Source of the DNA: Macrostomum lignano
Lineage: Eukaryota
Length of the DNA: 41,517 nucleotides
Direction: 5' to 3'
Assembly (NCBI GenBank): GCA_002269645.1
Contig: NIVC01003925.1
Span: forward strand, 1-41,517
Shown here: in pieces, positions 1 to 9,468 of the stretch
How the letters are laid out: each line of letters begins with the position of its first letter
How positions within the stretch are numbered: the first letter of the stretch is position 1
The notes under the pieces: model-generated
Databases searched by the model: none
What the model was told of the DNA's origin: nothing
What the model saw: the letters and a program-made list of their open reading frames with translations, nothing else
Position numbers and translations under genes: made by a program

Positions 1-1
1 A

Positions 2-175
2 GATCGACTGAAACGATTTTATAATGAGGTCATTGCCCCAGCTCACATTACATATCCAGCTAAGAACTCTAACAGAACAATATCACAGGAGGAATTTGTT
101 AACATATGCTATGAAAAGTGGAACCAACCCTATCAGTTTGTCATGATTAATAAGGAGAAAAGAATTTTACTTTAA
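2..175 (+). CDS. C-terminus of Polinton A32/FtsK-like packaging ATPase (partial)
   Basis: Manual translation of frame 2 gives DRLKRFYNEV...ISQEEFVNICYEKWNQPYQFVMINKEKRILL*, resembling the EF..LC...W..PYGFLVID tail of Polinton ATPases. Walker motifs are outside the window. Confidence 0.6.
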   Translation, partial: DRLKRFYNEVIAPAHITYPAKNSNRTISQEEFVNICYEKWNQPYQFVMINKEKRILL

Positions 176-191
176 TTTTTTATTTAAAAAA

Positions 192-803
192 ATGTCTATT
201 AATTTTGCAGGTGAGTCAACTACAGGCAACAGCACTCTCACAACTTCCTTCCTTGATAAGCGCTACATTAACACTAATGAAGAGATCCCAGAGATCAAAC
301 TGAATAAAAACAGACTGAAAGCCCTAGAGCGCTCCATGCACCAGTTGCAAATAAACATGGAAGATCTCAGGCTTAAAGTAGCTAGGCAGAAGTTTGAAAG
401 TGATAAGCTTTATGTGCCGTTGTTAAACGCAACTAATGAACTAAGGTCAGAAATAACTTCGATAGTCTCGCTAATCAACGGCTTGAGATCGACAGTTAAT
501 CTTCTGGGAAATTCCACTGATAGACGGATGCGTATTCTCGAAGGAGGAGTTTTCACAAACACAGCTAAAGTAAATAATTTAGAAGAGTTTATGAACCAGT
601 CAACAGCGTTGCATGATAGAATTAAAGAAAACGTCGCAACCAACACAGGTAAAGTGAGGAATTTAGAAGAGTTCATGACTCAGTCAACATCGTTGCATGA
701 TCGAATCAAAGAAAGACTTGAAGCATTAAAGAGAAAGGATGTATCACACAGTAGCTATCTAAACGGAATGTATAGCTCTGGGGTAAAATATAAGGAGGCT
801 TGA
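192..803 (+). CDS. Coiled-coil Polinton accessory protein, possibly fibre-like; may continue by frameshift to ~1060
   Basis: 203-aa ORF with heptad character and a 28-aa internal duplication (NTAKVNNLEEFMNQSTALHDRIKE / NTGKVRNLEEFMTQSTSLHDRIKE). Confidence 0.6.
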   Translation: MSINFAGESTTGNSTLTTSFLDKRYINTNEEIPEIKLNKNRLKALERSMHQLQINMEDLRLKVARQKFESDKLYVPLLNATNELRSEITSIVSLINGLRSTVNLLGNSTDRRMRILEGGVFTNTAKVNNLEEFMNQSTALHDRIKENVATNTGKVRNLEEFMTQSTSLHDRIKERLEALKRKDVSHSSYLNGMYSSGVKYKEA

Positions 804-1088
804 TCGTCTGGAGAGAACACTCAATCTTCGTGATATTGCTATTGATGAAGCAGAATCTGCTGCTCGTCCGTCATGTCTACAGATCGAGTAGAAGGAGCTC
901 TGGACCCGCCGGAGTAATCCGGCGCTCTCAAACGTCAGCCGCCCAGCCGCTGCCTGCTGGACTCGCGATCCTCCGGCGTCACGAGAGCCGCCTAGACAAC
1001 CGGCGGTGCAGATGGAATTATCAAAAAGAAAACAGATCTTTCAACCGGATAGTTTTATAATTTTTTATTATTTTTTCTAGAGAAAAAA

Positions 1089-1803
1089 ATGGCCCAACAA
1101 AATTCTCTATACGATCAGTCTCAATACGTTGAACCTAAAATACCGACAGCACCAAACTCAATGGCACCGAATTCGAACACACAAAGCCTGAATGCACCGA
1201 ATCTGAATGCACCCCAATATGAGCAACAAAAACTCTACCCCGTCATTACTTGTAACTCTCAACAGTTTCGACTGTGGAGATTCAAAAAATGCGCGATGAT
1301 CTTGAAAAAAATATTTTCCACAACACAAAGAAAATTAAGCGCTATGACAGCCACTGTAAATTTTTCGACTACAGCAATATGATTCTAGGATCTGTGTCTG
1401 TTCTATCTGGATCTGCTGCAGCTGTCTCAGTGTTGCCAGTCATCACAGCCCCAATCGCAATCCCGCTCGGCTCTGTGGTGCTGCATGTGGACTTATTTCA
1501 GCAATTACTGGAGCATTAGCGCGAAACAGGCGAAAAAAACTAAAGCAGCTACAGGAGAAGCAAGTAAAAGAGAAAGGGGTGCACACTTCAATCATAGGGT
1601 ACATTTCAAGGGCAATCGAGGATAAGTTCATTTCAGAGGATGAGTTCAAAACCATTCAGGATCTTTATGAACAATCAATTCGAATGAACTTGAACATGGT
1701 CGGTACTGATGACATGAGTCAGCTGAGAAATGAACTCGAGAAAGTTCTTCAACATTATGTGCGGAAAGAAGGACAACGAGAAATGCACAATGAACCCCTA
1801 TGA
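1089..1803 (+). pseudogene. Polinton accessory gene with hydrophobic helices, split by two 1-nt frameshifts (~1272, ~1480)
   Basis: Joined frames read ...LYPVIT..QQFRL-MEIQKMRDDLE...LGSVSVLSGSAAAVSVLPVITAPIAIPLG...GLISAITG...ISRAIEDKFISEDEF. This resembles a common animal Polinton ORF (LYP..FRL..I / ISKAL.DG.IS.EEF). Confidence 0.6.
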
Positions 1804-2197
1804 AACACAGCCAAGAATAATTTCCTTGTAGGTCTTTCGTGTTTTGGTCATTGCATACAAAACAGTCATGCACAGCTCACCGCAAATATCACTGCTAAGA
1901 CCTTGGAGAATAAAGTCTGAGCGATAAATTTTTTTATTTTTTTCCCTTCATATAATTTCTTAGCTCTTCTGGTACTGCCGTCCCATAGCTATCGAAGTAA
2001 TAACACTTGTGCTTGCGATCGGGATCAATCACCCAGCAAACCCAATGAGATCCTGGCTTATCGGTGGTGTCAAAGTTCATGATGCCGCATTCCTTTCTTA
2101 GAGGAAAATCAGGCAGAGTGTCCCTCATAAATATTCCTCTAAAGTTTGGGATTTCCAGTTCGTTAGCCAAATCTTCAAGAAAGTTATTTGTCGTCAT
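1798..2197 (-). CDS. Adenain-type (adenovirus-like) cysteine protease, 1-nt frameshift in an A-run at ~1930-1940
   Basis: GSHWV (His) and YFDSYG (Asp) lie in the listed ORF. The shifted frame continues IYRSDFILQGLSSDICGELCMTVL...GCVS*, supplying the oxyanion Gln and catalytic Cys. Confidence 0.87.
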
Positions 2198-2288
2198 TTT
2201 TTATGAGGTTTATTAAACTTTCTCTTAAACCTAAACCAATCTCCTAACTCCTAATCTCCAGTGCCGAACCTAACCTCCACCTCCTAAC

Positions 2289-5200
2289 CTAATCTCCAGT
2301 GCCCGAACGGTAGACTGTTAATTTGTCATCAAAAATGAATCTCTTGTTATCTGCACCTGACAGTCCAATCTTCTTTTGCTGAATTGTGTGAATAATATGG
2401 TTTTTAGATTGTAGCTTTGAGAACTCATGTGATGTCTTTTTGTTGCAATTCAAGGCGTCTCTGTATTCAGCTTCATTAATTTCCTTCCTAACCACACGTT
2501 TCGGAATTCCCTTTGATTTTTTAATTGGGTCTGACGACTCACATTTTACAAAATAGGACTTTGCTCTCAACCCAATGAATTCAGTGATTATGTCACCAGC
2601 AATCTCGTCCTTCATTTTCCCAATCACTTTCTTGTTAGTAGCGTCAAACACTTGATCGCCATTCTGTGTCCTGAAAGATTCATCATACTCAGACAAGTCA
2701 AACAAATCTTTTTGCTGCAGCATGTCCTGATAAATGTCTTCTGTTTGAATGTCCATAATAAAACTGTCTGTGTCAGTGTACAAGAGTTTCATTTTATCCT
2801 TGTACTGCTGCTTCATGCCATAGAAGAACTGGTACATCAGACGTTTTGATTCGTCGAGAACAGTGACACCTGTATAGATCGGCTTGCGCAGCGTCACCTT
2901 GGTTTTGTAAAATATGATCACACCTAAGTAGCTATTAAAGATATGGAGTTCTTTGAATGTTGGCTTTGACATATTTGCCTGAATAACAGCAGGCTCTGAT
3001 GAGGTAACAAGTTTCAGGTTTGTTCTTTTCCGCTCATTCTCAAGAGTCTTGCCATAGACAGAGTTGTTGGCCAACTTAAAGAGGTTCTTGTCAAAGTCGT
3101 TGGTTGCTTTGGTCCTAAACTGGGTATTCTTATCAATGTAGGGTTTCATCCACGCTTCCTCTGTAAATGTAAGAGCCCTGTGAACTATGGTGACCCTACA
3201 ACCAAGTGAGATAAAATACTGAAGCAGTTTGTAATGAATTTTGTAACGTGTCTTGTTGTTTAGATTCTGTGTTAGTTTTTCTGTATGTTCTTTTTCTGTT
3301 CCTGACAGGTGCCAAGTTCCATTATTATCATTGGGAGTTTCGATTATTTTCGGGCACTTGATGTTCTCTGGGAAGGGTGGAAAGTCAGAGAAATAATCGT
3401 GAAGCTCTGGTGGAATGTAAACATCAACCTCATAAATGGCAGCCAATGAAAAGTCCCACTTTAGTTCTGATGAGGGTAGCCATCGAAAATCTCTAACTGG
3501 AAGATCTTGACTCATCGCCCACCCGTAGAGATTATTAGCGTCCAAGTAAGTAATGTAGTTTGAGGGCTGCTCCTTATTGTAAGATTCAATGTAGGGATTG
3601 TTTGATTTTGCATATCTATGTGCAAATTGAGATCCCCCTCGCTTTGACGATTCGACAAAATTGTACATGTCAATGTCTGTAAGAAGTTCAATGTACCAAT
3701 CTGGATCTTGATCCCATTTCATTTTAAGCAAAGATTCCCAGCTAGTGGCAGGGAGAGACACATAATGTGCTGGATCGAGGCCATATGCTGTGTACCAGGT
3801 GTATCTGAAGGTTTCAAACACATCAGCCAGCAGAAACACATCTGTGTAGAGGTAAAGCAGGTGATACTGGAAGAAGTTTTGACAATTAAAGAAATTATAT
3901 ACATGCTTCGCGTGCTCATAGTCTTTGTCAGAGATTCCAGAGTCTGTTAGCTTTGAAAAGAACTTCTCCTGTGGTGGTAAACCTTCTTTAAATACGTGAT
4001 ACCCAGTAATATTTTCATAGGGGTAGAAGCCTTTGGTTCTCAGGAGTTTAAATGATTCATCACTGTTGTTAATTTTACTTGCAAACATCTTTGTATATGT
4101 ACATTGTTCATCTTTTAGATTCTTGCTTAGTTCGTCTAGACTGGCAGCTAGAAATTGATATGAATCCTTCAGTCTTATTTTACCTTTACCCGAATTATCC
4201 TGTTTAATATCAACACACTTAAACTTCTCCTTGTTCTCTGCGATGCAGTCAAGGTGTATGTCTGGAATCATGCCGATTTTTTCAACTATTAAATGCATGT
4301 CATAGTTCTTTGCGTTGTGACAAAATATCGTTAGATCATGAATGTTCGATTTTAGCTTTAGATTACAGGTGTTATGCGCTGCACCTCTAAATTTCCCAGT
4401 AAAGTGGCAGTGGTCCCTAACGGTGGGGTTTTTAATATTAGTGCAAGTTAAATGTTTCCTGCAGATGTGGCAATGAGTTGCTGATAGGAAATTGCTTTCA
4501 TCCTCCTCAGTCATCATTATTGGAACAGGTTGAAGGGTGCTAATCACTTTTTGCAACTCTAACATTCTGGCAATAAACTGCTCCACACACTGCTCTCCAA
4601 AGAAATAATTATACTCAACAAGTCCTTTTGTATTAATAAAGGCATATGCTACTGAATTGGGGACATGTTTTTGAGTTTGAGTTTGTTTTTGTGTTTGAGT
4701 TTGTTTTTGAGTTTCTGGCATGATTGAGCATTCGAAATCAGCATATACAACAAATGGGAGCTTCTCCATCTTGTGATAGTTCTTAAACCGGAGATATTCT
4801 CTTCAGCTGAAGGAAGAGAGCAGTTTGTTGGGTGATCCTCGCATGATAATTCATGCTCTGTTAGTTTTTCAAAGCGTTCAGGTCCACTGTAATGCTTAAG
4901 GCACAAGCGGCAGATGGCAACAGCCTCGTGATGATTATTTAACTGCTTGTGAATGAGTCTTGAAAGATCTTTAATCCAAACATAGTGAGCCTCCTCTAGT
5001 AAATTACCAATCACTAGAAGATCCACTTCAGTCCGCCTTTTCCCCTCGGGATCTAAAACGTCTTTGCTACATCTGACCGGTTGAACTTTCTCAGTTTTTT
5101 CACTCCATTCAAAGACTGTGATTCTAATTTTGTTATTAAACACTTCTTCTAGCTTTGAGATCTGAGAGATCGCCAAGCCTCCTTTGTCAAACCTGATTCC

Positions 5201-6112
5201 CTTCTTTTCGCATTCGATAAGATAGTAGTTGAAATAATTTTGATAATTTGAGGTTCTTTCGGGGTGGTGAGGTACACTAATAAGTGCAGAAAGAACTGCC
5301 CATAGGGCACAGCAATTGTCTTTATTTTTAACATTTATGCAAGCTTTTTTGCCGGCTAGCTTATGCGGGAGCTCTATATAAGAGGAGGCTTTAAGTGGGT
5401 CATATTTCATGACCATGACAGTTGCTCTTTGAATCCCTCCCACGACCCATCCGGAACCTCTGGATGTAAACGCTTCAATTTTCTTAGTGACATCTTGAAG
5501 GAAAGGATCCAGTGTGTCAGTAGGGGTGAATGGTTTTGCCTTTGTTGTCATGTAATACTCGAGATGCTCAGTGGGTTTTGCAGGCATATAAAACGCAATC
5601 TTGAATGATATCTGTAGTTTAAAAGTCTTGCGTGTTTTGAGTGTGTGATCAACAACTGATTGGATGCTGTCTTTATAGTCGTAGATGTTTGCGGTGGTAT
5701 CCTTAATTGGGATTGTGTACTCTATGTAATGTTCTGTAAACTTCCTCTGTGCAAAATTAATCTCTTCAATGGCAAGCTCCGACTCTTTTAAATGGATTAA
5801 TTGCTCTAATTTCTCTTGTTCCTGCTTATTTTGTGGGTACTTTGTTTTTTCACCAGTGAGAGTTTCGTATTTGTTAACTAAGTTGCGACTCCTCTCTTGG
5901 TGTTCCTTTGCAGAATTTTTTATAGGCGCATACTGGTTGGATTCTAATTGATTGATGATTTCCAACTGTTTTTCATAGCTTCCCAGGTGACCAGGGTCGG
6001 TGTTAAACTTTTGTTTACATGCTTCTCTTAGTAAATTACTTTTGTCTTGAAATGAGACGCCTTTTGAAAAATATTTGTTGACTAAATCTTTTGCTGGATT
6101 AGCTTTTGGCAT
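2289..6112 (-). CDS. pPolB: Protein-primed family B DNA polymerase with endonuclease-VII-like Zn insert; one 1-nt frameshift at ~4790
   Basis: ExoI VVYADFE, ExoII HNAKNYDMH, ExoIII LYTDVFLL, PolA YLDANNLYGWAM, PolB KLANNSVYGK, PolC YTDTDS, and CHIC...VRDHCH..G.FRGAAHNTCN. The N-terminal half is ORF 4649-6151; true ATG inferred at 6112 (MPKAN). Confidence 0.96.
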
Positions 6113-6253
6113 TTTTTTCTCTAAAATAAAAAAAATTTTGAGGGTAACCACCCTGATATAAAAGTTGAACTGTTTCTACATACTATAAGTAGCGTTAGGT
6201 TTATGAAGCTGGATAAAGTGGGATTTTAAACCTCATCACTTTCACATTCACAT

Positions 6254-6710
6254 TCACATCCGCATTATTGTAAACCCAGCATTGTGCAGTGTCATGATTG
6301 CTTTGACAATGTCAGACTTGCTTACAGAATTTTCATGCTCACAATCATCACGATCGGGGCAGCCCTCAGGGCAGCCCTCTCCTGCCTTAATTGTTATACC
6401 TTTATCTCTTGCAATCTTTTGCAATTCAAGCTGGTGGGCTCTATCATTACCAGCTTTAACAGCAGTTGCTACACCTCCAGCTACACCACCTGCGGCACTT
6501 ACAGCGCCTGCAATGATCGGAATAAGAGCTGCTAATGGTAGGATTCCTCCTGACTTTTCATCTGTGATGCTGTCTTTGTTCATTACACTGAACTATTTGC
6601 TGCACGGGATCGACTTTTACTTTGGCACCTTTTATTGATATAAGACCTGGTTTCTTTGATTCAATGATTTTATTGAGTTTATTGATGGTTCTGGTTTCAA
6701 TCTTTGTCAT
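6254..6710 (-). CDS. Adenovirus pX/mu-precursor-like virion protein; basic N-terminal segment probably joined by a frameshift near 6590
   Basis: KSGG-ILPLAALIPIIAGAVSAAGGVAGGVATAV closely parallels adenoviral pX (MRGG-ILPLLIPLIAAAIGAVPGIASVA). An upstream Lys-rich frame from ATG 6710 reads MTKIETRTINKLNKIIESKKPGLISIKG... Confidence 0.62.
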
Positions 6711-6727
6711 TTTTTTATTTTAATATT

Positions 6728-7723
6728 TTAATTAATTTCTGTGTCAGCCGGTATCACTAGGAGTTCAGCTCTAGTGAATGACCGTGTGGGGGATTTAGGG
6801 TTAAAGGCCTGAGATAAAAAGTAATAGTCACCAGAGTCGGAGGTAAAATGTCTGTCTATTTTATGTACATCAAGGCTGAAGTATGGATCTGTAGCTCTTC
6901 TTTTAGTGTCTTTCTCTAGCTCTCCAGGTAGATATAAAAAGCGTAGAAACTCAGAGTTTGTCAGTATATATGGTGATTCAACTCCTGGAAGCTTAGGGTA
7001 GTTCGAGGTGTCTGTTCTATGAGATGCCTTAAGTTCGACAGTGTCTTGTTTAATTGCATGGGACGGTTTCAATCCAGTCATACGTGTGACTTCATTGTTC
7101 AGTTGCTCTATAACAGTGGGGAGCCGGTCTGTCCACTTGGTATAGTATTGGCCACTTTTTAGTTTCAGCTCTACAGCTGTCTGCTTAGTGAATAGCCTCT
7201 TGGCTAGAGTTAGATTGAATCTCTCAACGTACGCTTGGTCTCTGTGCAAGTTTGTTCTGCCATAGCGAATCTCTGTATTGTGCTTTTCCATAAGGGATTT
7301 CACTGCACCCATGAATTCTTTGCCAGGATCAGTCATAAAGGTTTCAGGGTAGCTAAGGGGTGAGTTTTTATAAATATCTTGGAGGGCGGCTGCAACTGCT
7401 TCTGACTTCTTAGTCTTAAGCGGTCTCGCTTCCTTATATCTGGAGGCAACATCTGTAATTGTGAGAGCATACTTGTAGCCCGAGTCATTGGGGAGAAACA
7501 GAAGATCTGCTTGGTGCGCCTCATTAGGTTTATAAATACTGAAATGGGGCCTTTCAAATTTTACTGGTGGGAAATAGACTTGGTAGACTGCTTGCTTAGA
7601 GAGCCATTTTTCTACTTTAGCTTTTGGTTCCTTACTTAGTTCTGCGAGTTTGGTGACTGCATTTTTTCCTACAAAGAATCCTTTGTCGCTGTAGTAGAGT
7701 TTTTTAAGTTTCTGATCTGTCAT
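6728..7723 (-). CDS. Retroviral-like (RVE) DDE integrase of Polinton type, intact
   Basis: HQADLLFL (D), MTDPGKEF (D), AYVERFNLTL (E) and the N-terminal L..LYY motif. ATG at 7723 (MTDQK); the ORF track starts upstream at an alternative codon. Confidence 0.93.
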   Translation of the reverse strand: MTDQKLKKLYYSDKGFFVGKNAVTKLAELSKEPKAKVEKWLSKQAVYQVYFPPVKFERPHFSIYKPNEAHQADLLFLPNDSGYKYALTITDVASRYKEARPLKTKKSEAVAAALQDIYKNSPLSYPETFMTDPGKEFMGAVKSLMEKHNTEIRYGRTNLHRDQAYVERFNLTLAKRLFTKQTAVELKLKSGQYYTKWTDRLPTVIEQLNNEVTRMTGLKPSHAIKQDTVELKASHRTDTSNYPKLPGVESPYILTNSEFLRFLYLPGELEKDTKRRATDPYFSLDVHKIDRHFTSDSGDYYFLSQAFNPKSPTRSFTRAELLVIPADTEIN

Positions 7724-7753
7724 TTTTTTAAAAAGAAAATTTAAAATAAAATA

Positions 7754-8242
7754 ATGCAACGCTCTGGTGGTAAAATAGATTCACATGGACTGATAGAAAA
7801 GCTTCCTCATCCAAACAAAGGCTGGACCATTCCCGGGTACAAATATTGCGGGCCTTTGAATCCACTTGAAATACAGTTAGATACAAACGATAATCCAAAT
7901 CCTGGGCATGAGCCTGTGAACGAGCTAGACTCTGTCTGCATGTGGCACGACGTTAAATATAGAGATTTTCCTGAGGAGAAGAATCGCTGGGACAAAGAAA
8001 TGCTTAGGAGACTAGACAATATAGGGGCTTCAAGCGGATTTCGTGAGTCGATCGCTCGGAAGCTAGTTAAAGCTGTTATTTTTAGTAAGACAAAACTGGG
8101 GTTGGGGGTCGACGACGAGGGTGGGTGTTTGGGGAGAGAGGGTGGGTGTGCGGAGTGCTCGGGAGCAGGGTTTATTTTGTGCGCTCCTAACAATGAATTG
8201 GGAAGGCTCTTGAAAGATATGGGGGTAGAGAGAGCAGAATGA
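7754..8242 (+). CDS. Parvovirus VP1u-like phospholipase A2 (Polinton/adintovirus PLA2)
   Basis: Ca-binding loop PGYKYCGPLN, catalytic LD..C..HD..Y, downstream D (RWDKEM) and a K.KLGLG tail. Confidence 0.85.
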   Translation: MQRSGGKIDSHGLIEKLPHPNKGWTIPGYKYCGPLNPLEIQLDTNDNPNPGHEPVNELDSVCMWHDVKYRDFPEEKNRWDKEMLRRLDNIGASSGFRESIARKLVKAVIFSKTKLGLGVDDEGGCLGREGGCAECSGAGFILCAPNNELGRLLKDMGVERAE

Positions 8243-8344
8243 TTCAAGTGCCTCAAGTGGTTGGAAAGAAAACCTTGCGCGAAAGCTTGTAAAGGGGATT
8301 ATATGGGAGTGGGAGAGACGGGATAGGGTGGTCTAATTCCGGCG

Positions 8345-8440
8345 TATTTATAGCAACGAAAAGGGTCTTCCTTCTAGAATTCTGCTTCTAGAATATTCTA
8401 GAATAAAAAGAGAATCCCACGCCTTCCAAAGCTATAAAAG
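8345..8440. promoter_or_regulatory. Divergent Pol II promoter: perfect heat-shock element flanked by two outward-facing TATA boxes
   Basis: cTTCt aGAAt aTTCt aGAAt at 8385-8404 (4 alternating nGAAn units), an extra TTCTAGAA at 8372-8379, TATAAAAG (+) at 8433-8440 and TATAAATA (-) at 8345-8352. Confidence 0.68.
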
Positions 8441-8521
8441 CGAATCATAATCCTCGTCTGGGGTTATGCGCTAAATTCACTATCAAGTCTATCGACAACG
8501 ATTGCCACAATTTTCACAACA

Positions 8522-9301
8522 ATGAGCAACATTGAGAAAACAATCGAGAAATTGAAGGAGCTGCATGCGAAAAGTGATATTTCGCTTGCGGAGGCGTTAG
8601 CGTCTTGGTCGCCGGAGGAGCTGAAGAAGTTTAAGGAGAAACTTGACAAGCTAGAAGAAGATGGAAAAAACAAGAGTAAAAAACATAAAAGGAGACCAAT
8701 GAATCGCAATGCCGACAACGAGCAGGAGACATTCCTACGAAATCTCAAACGGAGGCTCACTGATCTGGCCGCAAAAGGTCTTCGCATTGACGGTGGCCTG
8801 CTTAAGACGCTGCTGTCCAGCCTAGGACAAGATCTACGGAATAAATCTAGCGAAGAGGTCCGCAGTATATTTGTGACCATTTCGGACTGTCTGCGACCGC
8901 TAGACAACTTAAAAAGCCTAGGAATGTTCGAGCAGGCTAGGGCAATCGTCTTCAGTACGAAAACTAGGCCTATCGAGAAGATTGCGGAGGAATTCGGATT
9001 GACCGTCCGAAAGGCGAAAGAGTATGTAGCGTACTACGAGCTAGCGATGCGTTACATAGCTCTGCCATTTACTGGATATTGCCTTACAACGATTTTGAAA
9101 TACAAGAAGGCAATCGTCGATTTTGCCAAGGACGACGAAGAGTTTCGTCTGGCCTTGGAAGTTGAGCATGAGACGTTCGAATACGTAAACGAAGAAGGCG
9201 TCACAGCCGAGATTGCCCTGACCAATTGGGCCGTGGACGTTCGAGACGACCCAGTTGACGAAGTAGATGACCCAGGTGACGGAGTAGATGTCATGGAGTG
9301 A
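8522..9301 (+). CDS. Orphan Polinton terminal ORF, 259 aa: coiled-coil/basic N-terminus, predicted helix-turn-helix, acidic tail
   Basis: Intact ORF with upstream TATA and downstream AATAAA (9370-9375). NLS-like KSKKHKRRP, HTH-like IEKIAEEFGLTVRKAKEYV and a D/E-rich C-terminus. Confidence 0.65.
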   Translation: MSNIEKTIEKLKELHAKSDISLAEALASWSPEELKKFKEKLDKLEEDGKNKSKKHKRRPMNRNADNEQETFLRNLKRRLTDLAAKGLRIDGGLLKTLLSSLGQDLRNKSSEEVRSIFVTISDCLRPLDNLKSLGMFEQARAIVFSTKTRPIEKIAEEFGLTVRKAKEYVAYYELAMRYIALPFTGYCLTTILKYKKAIVDFAKDDEEFRLALEVEHETFEYVNEEGVTAEIALTNWAVDVRDDPVDEVDDPGDGVDVME

Positions 9302-9468
9302 AGAAGTGACTACTACATGGCCGTCTGTTGTGTTTGAAATAGTGATTTTTATAAATTGATTAGTCGTTAAATAAAAGCCTGCTTATAATTATTAAAATAA
9401 ATAATAACTGAATCAACAAAATTCGTTTTTTTTTGTTAATTGGAATCTGACTCGACACGTTTTTTTTA

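Noticed and set aside
8095-8175. G-quadruplex-like GGG tracts
   Set aside because: They are largely explained by Gly-rich codons in the PLA2 tail; no independent support.
7807-8256. 149-aa antisense ORF over PLA2
   Set aside because: It has a non-ATG start, a Ser/Pro bias explained by the G-rich sense strand, and no motifs.
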